Below are positions 59,208 to 64,000 of a stretch of 64,000 bases of DNA, in pieces. A model generated the notes under the pieces. That model saw only the letters and a list, made by a program, of their open reading frames with translations. It searched no databases and had not been told where the DNA came from. Both the position numbers and the translations under genes were made by a program. Source of the stretch: Acidimicrobiales bacterium (lineage in GTDB: Bacteria; Actinomycetota; Acidimicrobiia; Acidimicrobiales; Acidimicrobilacustridaceae); NCBI GenBank assembly GCA_041394105.1, contig JAWKIY010000010.1, positions 12,262 through 76,261 on the forward strand, read 5' to 3'. Numbering within the stretch: position 1 is the stretch's first letter; each line of letters opens with the position of its first letter.

Positions 59208-60043
59208 ATGCCGGAGCTGCCCGAGATCCGCGCCACGCCGAACGGCTCACCGACCACTACGCCGGTGCGCCGCTCGAGCGGTTCGACGCCCTGTCGTTCA
59301 CCGCGCTGAAGACAGCCGTCCCGCCGCCGAGCGATGCCCTCGGCACACCGCTCGAGGCGGTGGGTCAGCGGGGCAAGCACCTGCTGTTGCGCTTCGCACC
59401 GGCGACCTTCGTCGTGCACCTCATGCAGGGCGGGCGCCTCAAGCCCGACCCCAAGGTGGCGCGCAAGCCCCGGGGCGGGATCGCCCGGTGGACGTTCGCC
59501 GGACCCGGCGCCCTGCTCCTGACCGAGGCGGGCACCCAGAAGCGTGCCGGCGTGTGGGTCGTGTCAGGCGATCCGGAGGCATCCGAGCCGCTCGCGCACC
59601 TCGGCCCCGAAGCCGACACCGTCGACGCCGCCACGCTGGTCCGCCTCGGCGCCGAGCACCGCATGCGCCTGCACGGCTTCCTGCGTGACCAGCGCATCAT
59701 CTCGGGCATCGGGCGACGGCTCGCCAACGAGGTGTGCCACCGGGCGAAGCTCTCGCCGTTCACGTCGACGGGCAAGCTCACCGAGGAGCAGGCGGCCGCC
59801 ATCGTCGAGGCGATCCACCACTGCATCGACACGTCGCTGGCAGAAGAACGGGCGCGCCCCGACATGAGCAGCTCCGCCGATCGACCCGCCGCCGTGCACC
59901 ACCGCCAGGGGCAGCCGTGCCCGGTGTGCGGTGACTCGGTGCGGGCGATCGAGTACGCCAGCTACACCGTGAACTACTGCGCCACGTGCCAGACCGGCGG
60001 CAAGGTCCTGGCCGACAACACGACCAGCAAGTTCCTCAAGTAA
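59208..60043 (+). pseudogene. nei: Fpg/Nei family DNA glycosylase (endonuclease VIII-like), frame break at about 59233
   Basis: ATG 59208 encodes the catalytic N-terminus MPELPEIR. After one missing C (gccac vs gcccac) the sequence continues as HAERLTDHYAGAPLERF... in track ORF 59201..60043. H2TH (RIISGIGRRLANEVCHRAKLSP) and a C-terminal zinc finger CPVCG..CATCQ. Confidence 0.8.
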
Positions 60044-60066
60044 CGCCAACCCCGCGTTCTGGTGCG

Positions 60067-60094
60067 GAACTCGCGTCGCTCACGGCGCGAGTTC
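60067..60094. terminator. hairpin between convergent nei and mdh (9-bp stem gaactcgcg / cgcgagttc, 10-nt loop), candidate bidirectional terminator
   Basis: Read directly. It is located in the 65-nt gap between the two stop codons, with no clear U-tract on either side. Confidence 0.45.
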
Positions 60095-60108
60095 ACCACC
60101 GGAACGCC

Positions 60109-61101
60109 TCAGATGAGGCCGAGCTCGGCGACGGTGTCGCGCTCCTCGCCCAACTCGGCGACCGTGGCGTCGATCTTGCCCTGCGAGTAGGCGTTGTGCT
60201 CGAGGCCCTGCACGATCGACCACGTCCCGCCGGCGGTGGTGACCGGGAACGACGAGATCAGGCCCTCGGGCACGCCGTAGGACCCGTCCGAGCACACCGC
60301 CATCGACACCCAGTCGCCGTCGGCGGTGCCCATCGTCCAGTCACGCACGTGGTCGATGGCGGCGTTGGCCGCCGAAGCTGCGCTCGACAGGCCCCGGGCC
60401 TCGATGATGGCGGCCCCGCGCTGCTGCACGGTCGGGATGAAGGTGGCGTCGATCCAGCCCTCGTCGGCGACCGCATCGGAGGCGATCTGCCCGTTGACCT
60501 CGGCGTGGTACAGGTCCGGGTACTGCGTCGCCGAGTGGTTCCCCCAGATCGTCATGCGACGGACGTCGTTGACGGTGCCGCCGACCTTGTTGGCCAGCTG
60601 GGCCATCGCCCGGTTGTGGTCGAGGCGGGTCATGGCGGTGAAGCGCTCCGACGGGATGTTCGGCGCGTTGTTCATGGCGATCAGGCAGTTGGTGTTGGCA
60701 GGGTTGCCCACCACGAGGATGCGCACGTCGTCGGCGGCGTGATCCGACAGGGCCTTGCCCTGGACCGTGAAGATGGCGCCGTTGGCCTCGAGCAGGTCCT
60801 TGCGCTCCATGCCCTTGCTGCGGGGGCGACTGCCCACGAGCATCGCCACGTTGACGCCCTCGAAGGCCTCGTTCGGGTCGTCGGTCTGCACCATGCCGGC
60901 CAGCAGCGGGAAGGCGCAGTCCTCCAGCTCCATCGCCACGCCGCGCAGGGCGTCGAGCGCCGGCGTGATCTCGAGCATCTGCAGGATCACCGGCTGATCG
61001 GCGCCGAGCATCTGCCCGCTCGCGATCCGGAACAGCAGGCTGTAGCCGATCTGGCCTGCGGCCCCGGTGACGGCGACGCGGACGGGATCCTTGGTGCTCA
61101 C
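60109..61101 (-). CDS. mdh: malate dehydrogenase
   Basis: Intact 330-aa ORF with [29 protein letters not shown] and IWGNHS. Confidence 0.95.
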   Translation of the reverse strand: MSTKDPVRVAVTGAAGQIGYSLLFRIASGQMLGADQPVILQMLEITPALDALRGVAMELEDCAFPLLAGMVQTDDPNEAFEGVNVAMLVGSRPRSKGMERKDLLEANGAIFTVQGKALSDHAADDVRILVVGNPANTNCLIAMNNAPNIPSERFTAMTRLDHNRAMAQLANKVGGTVNDVRRMTIWGNHSATQYPDLYHAEVNGQIASDAVADEGWIDATFIPTVQQRGAAIIEARGLSSAASAANAAIDHVRDWTMGTADGDWVSMAVCSDGSYGVPEGLISSFPVTTAGGTWSIVQGLEHNAYSQGKIDATVAELGEERDTVAELGLI

Positions 61102-61155
61102 GGCAACTCCTCGGGATGGCGACCCTGACGGGCCCCGAATCTAGAGAGCACCCCG

Positions 61156-62996
61156 CTACCCCGAGAAATCGGCGGTGCCGTCGGCGCGGGTGTTGCCGAG
61201 CCAGCTCTCGTACAGCGCGGCGTAGCGACCACCGGCGGCAACCAGCGCGTCGTGGCTCCCCTGCTCGACGATGCGGCCGGCGTCGAACACCAGCACCAGG
61301 TCGGCGGCCTGCGCCGTCGAGAGCCGGTGCGCCACGCTGACCGTCGTGCGGCCGGCGGCGAGTCGGGCCAGGGCCACGGCGAGGGCCTGCTCGGTCTCGG
61401 GGTCGACGGCCGAGGTCGCCTCGTCGAGGATCAGCAGCCCCGGATCGGCCAGCTGCGCCCGGCACAGCGCCACCAGCTGGCGCTCACCGACCGACAGGTT
61501 GGCGCCGCGCTCGCCCACCTCGGTGTCGAGGCCGTCGCTCAGCCCGTCGACCCAGCGCGCCAGCCCCAGGGCCGTGACGGCGTCCTCGGCGTCGGACCGC
61601 ACGGCGCCGTCTCGTCCCATCACGATGTTGTCGGTGACGGTCCCCTCGAACAGGAACCCGTCCTGCGGGACCATGCGCACGGCGTGACGCCGGGAGGCGG
61701 GTCCGACCGTGCGCAGGTCGATGCCGTCGAGCTCGAGCACACCCGATGTGGGGTCGGCGAGGCGGCACAGGAGCTTGGCGAACGTGGTCTTGCCGGACCC
61801 GGTCTCGCCGACGACGGCCACGTTCGTGCCCGGCGGGATGTCGACGGCGACGTCGACCAGCACCGGCGCCCCGCCCCGGTAGGCGAAACCGACGTCGCGC
61901 GCCACGACCCCCAACGCACCGGCCGGCAGCTGCACCCCCGGGTCGGGCTCCACGACCTCGACGGGGAGGTCCAGGACGTCGAGCACCTTGCGCCACCCGG
62001 CGACGGCGGTCTGGGTCTGATCGAGGATCTCACCGAGCTCGGCGATCGGCAGCAGCGCCAGGTTGACGAGGAACAGGCAGGCGACGAGCGACCCCGCGTC
62101 GAGGCCCCACCCGGGCCCCCACCACGCACCGATGCCGAGCACGGCGGCCAGCGCCAGGCCGCCGAACACGTCCGACATCGGGAACAGCAAGGTCACGTAG
62201 CGGGCGGCGCGGGTCTCGGCCCGGTACTGGGCACCGATGGTCTCGTCGAGGCGGCGACGCACCCGGGGCTGGAGCCCGTAGGCCCGCACGACCGGCGCAC
62301 CCATCACCGTCTCGCTGATGGCGGTGAGCGTGTCGCCGACACGGGTGCGCACGTCGTCGTAGGCCCGCAGCTGGCGTCGCTGGAAGTACCGCATCAACGG
62401 CAGCAGGGGCGCCAGCGCCACGATGGTCACCAGCGCCAGCTGCCACGAGTACACCGCCATCACCGCCAGCACGCCCACCACGACGATCGTGTTGACGATC
62501 CAGGCGATGGCACCCCACTGGGCGAACCGGGCGAGGGTCTCGATGTCGGAGGTGACCCGAGCGGTGAGCGCCCCGCGGCGGGCCTCGGTGTGGTCGGCGA
62601 GGCTCAGGGCGTGGATGTGGGTGAAGGCCTTGACCCGCAGGTTCTTCAGCAACAGCTCCGACGCCGTGACGAGGCGCAGGTAGGTCGCCCGGAACAGCAG
62701 GGCGACGCCGACGACGACCACGGTGGCCACGGCGCAGGCGCCGAGCACGAACGCCGGTTGGAAGCCACCCTCCCCGGTCACCCCCCGGTCGAGGATCTGT
62801 TGGATGAGCACCGGCACGACGATGCGGCCCGCGGCGGCGCACAGGGCCATCAGCACGGTGAAGCGGATGCCGTCGCGCAGCTCCGGCGAGACGGCCAGGC
62901 CGCGACGCAGGACGTCGATGGCGCCCGAACCGTCGGTGACGACCGAGCCGTCCACGTCGTCGTCCAGCGCGGCGGCGAACGGATCGACCGGGGTCG

Positions 62997-63000
<4 letters not shown>
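61156..63000 (-). CDS. ABC transporter ATP-binding/permease protein (type I exporter half-transporter)
   Basis: GTG 63000 overlaps the upstream stop (GTGA), within track ORF 61156..63588. Six-TM domain, Walker A GETGSGKTT, signature LSVGERQLV, Walker B LLILDEATSAVD. Confidence 0.9.

Positions 63001-64000
<1,000 letters not shown>

Overview
This is a 64-kb, very GC-rich chromosomal segment (about 70% or more by eye, not computed) from an actinobacterium. The assignment rests on WhiB-family regulators, a UPF0182 plus PDZ/Lon-like protease pair and a SenX3/RegX3-like two-component system; a class-level guess of Acidimicrobiia is inference only. I call about 60 tightly packed protein-coding genes, mostly core functions. 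They include a partial LigD polymerase domain, a P450-TetR operon, UPF0182, a Liv-type ABC importer, mreB, moaE, two HtrA-like proteins and a DUF222/HNH gene. A large phosphate block follows (pstSCA ... ppk-NUDIX ... pstB-phoU-kinase-regulator), then ECF sigma/anti-sigma, tatA, two WhiB-like genes and a ChlI/MoxR-like AAA protein plus a vWA protein. The rest are GH1, rpiA, a GAF-PAS-GGDEF-EAL protein, a GH2-like protein, sdhCAB, DedA, DUF368, nei, mdh and two ABC exporters. I recognised no rRNA, tRNA, CRISPR array, transposase or integrase by eye. Five observations stand out. (1) pstSCA is separated from pstB-phoU and the two-component system by ppk-NUDIX and other genes, and each half carries GTTCACC-type 11-nt direct repeats (PHO-box-like). 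(2) About 29 reading-frame breaks occur in 16 otherwise well conserved genes, many at short C/G runs. This most likely reflects assembly indel errors, although the breaks are clustered and one is a perfect 11-bp tandem duplication. (3) The conserved ATP-binding N-terminus of MreB lies directly behind an in-frame TGA with no canonical start codon. (4) Several paralogues have degenerate catalytic motifs: an HtrA-like protein with D-D-T instead of H-D-S, a Zincin_2-like protein without HExxH, and a GH2-like protein with Gln at the acid/base position. (5) There are candidate regulatory sites: a TetR operator, an ECF promoter and terminators. I found no convincing, entirely new multi-gene system, and the interest scores reflect that. 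All motif alignments were done by eye, and start codons are best guesses.
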